Assembly: GCA_964639325.1 (NCBI GenBank)
Contig: CAZXDO010000040.1
Coordinates: forward strand, 1 to 39,557
Origin: an uncultured Candidatus Saccharibacteria bacterium
Lineage (GTDB): Bacteria; Patescibacteriota; Minisyncoccia; UBA6257; GWB1-50-10
DNA length: 39,557 nt
Direction: 5' to 3'
The translations under genes were made by a program, and so were the position numbers. The notes beneath the pieces were generated by a model, which saw only the letters and a program-made list of their open reading frames with translations, was not told the DNA's origin and did not search any database. Of the stretch, positions 37,787 to 39,557 are shown piece by piece. The first letter of the stretch is position 1. Each line of letters begins with the position of its first letter.

Positions 37787-38650
37787 ATGATTTCTCCTCT
37801 TATTAAAAAACTTGGAGTCAATAAAACAGCTGTTTTAGTCATTACTCTTTTTGTTTTTATTTGTCTCTTTTTTAATTATTTATTTTTATCTCCCGCCTCG
37901 GCAGTATATTTTTTAGACGTAGGACAAGGTGATTCTGAGTTTTTAATCCTTCCCGACGGGGTAAATATTTTAATTGACGGTGGACCCCCAAACGGAAAGG
38001 CTTTAGAAGAAATAAGCAATATTCTTCCTTTTACTGATCGCTATATTGATCTTGTTATTATGACTCATCCCGAATTAGACCACTTTGGCGGGTTAATAGA
38101 TGTTTTGGAAAGATACAAAACCGGGGCTTTTTTATATAACGGAAGAAAAGGAACAAGTTTAGCTTTGAGTGAGTTGGAAGAAAAAGTAAATAATAATGTT
38201 GATCAGCGTGTTATTTTAGAAAAAGGAGATAAGATAAGGTACAAAAATTATGTAATTGAAATAATTTCTCCGGAGAAAGATGAATACCTCAAAAACCTAA
38301 ATGACGGTTCTTTGGTTTTTAAGTTAAACACAGGAAATTCAACTTTCCTTTTTACGGGGGACATAGGAAGTGTAGTAGAAAAAGATTTAATTGGTAATTT
38401 AGGAAATATAGATGTTCTAAAAGTTGCCCACCATGGTTCAAAATATTCTTCTTCAAATAATTTTTTAAATATTACAAAACCTAAAGTATCTATAATCGAA
38501 GTTGGAGAAAATAGCCATGGCCATCCTGCGGAAGAAATTCTTGATAAATTAAAATCAATTAATTCTCAAGTGTATCGCACCGACCAAGATGGAACCATAA
38601 AGGTAGTTACTCAAGATAACTCAATTAAAGTATTTGTTGCCAAAAAATAA
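37787..38650 (+). CDS. ComEC-type metallo-beta-lactamase-fold nuclease domain protein
   Basis: FLDVGQGD, LIDGG, THPELDHFGG, FTGD, LKVAHHGS, HGHP, YRTDQDG. Confidence 0.92.
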   Translation: MISPLIKKLGVNKTAVLVITLFVFICLFFNYLFLSPASAVYFLDVGQGDSEFLILPDGVNILIDGGPPNGKALEEISNILPFTDRYIDLVIMTHPELDHFGGLIDVLERYKTGAFLYNGRKGTSLALSELEEKVNNNVDQRVILEKGDKIRYKNYVIEIISPEKDEYLKNLNDGSLVFKLNTGNSTFLFTGDIGSVVEKDLIGNLGNIDVLKVAHHGSKYSSSNNFLNITKPKVSIIEVGENSHGHPAEEILDKLKSINSQVYRTDQDGTIKVVTQDNSIKVFVAKK

Positions 38651-38683
38651 AAAGCTGCGAACTTTTCCGCAGCTTGTTTTTTT
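38649..38683. terminator. Bidirectional terminator
   Basis: AAGCTGCG-loop-CGCAGCTT with flanking A and T runs between convergent genes. Confidence 0.7.
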
Positions 38684-38684
38684 C

Positions 38685-39317
38685 TCAAGAATAATTCTTT
38701 TCATATATTTCTCGGGCCTTGTCTTGAACCGCTTCCTCTAAAATATCAGGAATTTTTCTTTTTCCAATAATTACTTCCTTAAACCACTTAGGAACATTTT
38801 CAGGGCGGATAACTCTTATCATTTTTATCATCTCCACCTCAATTAATTCTCTGCTATTACTTTCCCAAGAAGTATTTTCCCAAAGTTTCATTAACTTACC
38901 GGGATCAGATATGCTGGGTAAAATTTCTGAGTAAACTTCTGTCATTCTTGCCTCAACTACTCGTCTAATCCTGCTTTCCGGGGAAGTATTTTTCCATAGT
39001 TTTATTAATCTATCAGAATCTGATATTCCAGATAGAATTTTCGGGTAAATATCTGTCATTCGATCCTCAATTATTTTTCGAAAAAAGCTTTTAGATTTGC
39101 TTTTTTTCCACAATCTTATTAATCGGTCGGGGTCGTTTATTTTAAGAGAAATTTTTATCATTCTTTTTTTTAAAACTTCCCGACATCCATTTACAGAATT
39201 CATTCTTCTATAGAAATTTATCAACTGTTCCGGTTCTGATATTTTAAGTATGTTTTCGTAATCGTTTCCTTTTTCTTTGCCGAGAAATATTTCCAAATCT
39301 TTTTTAAGTTCATCCAT
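38685..39317 (-). CDS. Hypothetical protein with ~38-aa helical repeats
   Basis: ISDPDRLIKLWxxTSxES..R..IE.RM repeated three times, plus one degenerate copy; RBS AGGAGG. Confidence 0.7.
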   Translation of the reverse strand: MDELKKDLEIFLGKEKGNDYENILKISEPEQLINFYRRMNSVNGCREVLKKRMIKISLKINDPDRLIRLWKKSKSKSFFRKIIEDRMTDIYPKILSGISDSDRLIKLWKNTSPESRIRRVVEARMTEVYSEILPSISDPGKLMKLWENTSWESNSRELIEVEMIKMIRVIRPENVPKWFKEVIIGKRKIPDILEEAVQDKAREIYEKNYS

Positions 39318-39458
39318 TTTTCTTCCTCCTATTCTTTTGTTTTGGTACTAATTAATTTTATATTTTAATTATAACTTATACCTAATAACATACAATAATA
39401 CACAAAGATATTTAGAAATTTTTAAATTACACATCTATAACTCATAAAAAATAATTAC

Positions 39459-39489
39459 CAACTTGGGGGTTCCCGACACCCCCAAGTTG
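39459..39489 (+). repeat. REP-like palindrome copy 8 (no box visible in window)
   Basis: CAACTTGGGGGTTCCCGACACCCCCAAGTTG. Confidence 0.95.
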
Positions 39490-39557
39490 TCGTCGTTTTA
39501 CTCCTCCCCAGAAACCTGCTTGTTTCTGGCGCTTCGCTGTTTTCCAACACGGGGAAA

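Noticed and set aside
2831-39489. Palindromes as integron attC sites or as oriC
   Set aside because: At 31 bp they are too short for attC and lack GTTRRRY, and no integrase is present. The DnaA-like boxes are single and dispersed, not clustered near dnaA.
2-39557. Alternative genetic code 25, or a prophage/ICE
   Set aside because: TGA ends ORFs at sensible positions and conserved genes are intact in code 11; there are no phage, integrase or relaxase genes.

Overview
AT-rich bacterial chromosome segment in the standard code (TGA used as stop), with almost all genes on the + strand. Gene content points to Patescibacteria/CPR, probably Parcubacteria (inference): short EF-Ts, a sigma4-HARE-HTH protein, a lone VirD4-like ATPase, large PKD/LTD surface proteins and no biosynthetic genes. 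Core genes are mltG, hpf, khpA, trmD, rpsB, tsf, tRNA-Tyr(GTA), secA, secD, secF, efp and mnmA. The window also has a P-type ATPase, a UvrD-type helicase-nuclease, a split comEC and a 5'-truncated ComEA-HhH/PKD/LTD protein. The most unusual signals are non-coding. (1) The 16571-17298 intergenic region holds a promoter- and terminator-bounded minus-strand sRNA. Both of its single-stranded segments are complementary to the 36-nt apical loop of a divergently encoded ~160-nt rod-like hairpin, making a candidate two-RNA module. (2) Eight intergenic copies of a 31-bp palindrome occur, most attached to a DnaA-box 9-mer (TGTGGATAA). (3) A free-standing HTH-LAGLIDADG gene precedes tRNA-Tyr and is bracketed by sequence complementary to the tRNA 5' end. 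All calls come from reading the sequence; no searches or folding programs were run.
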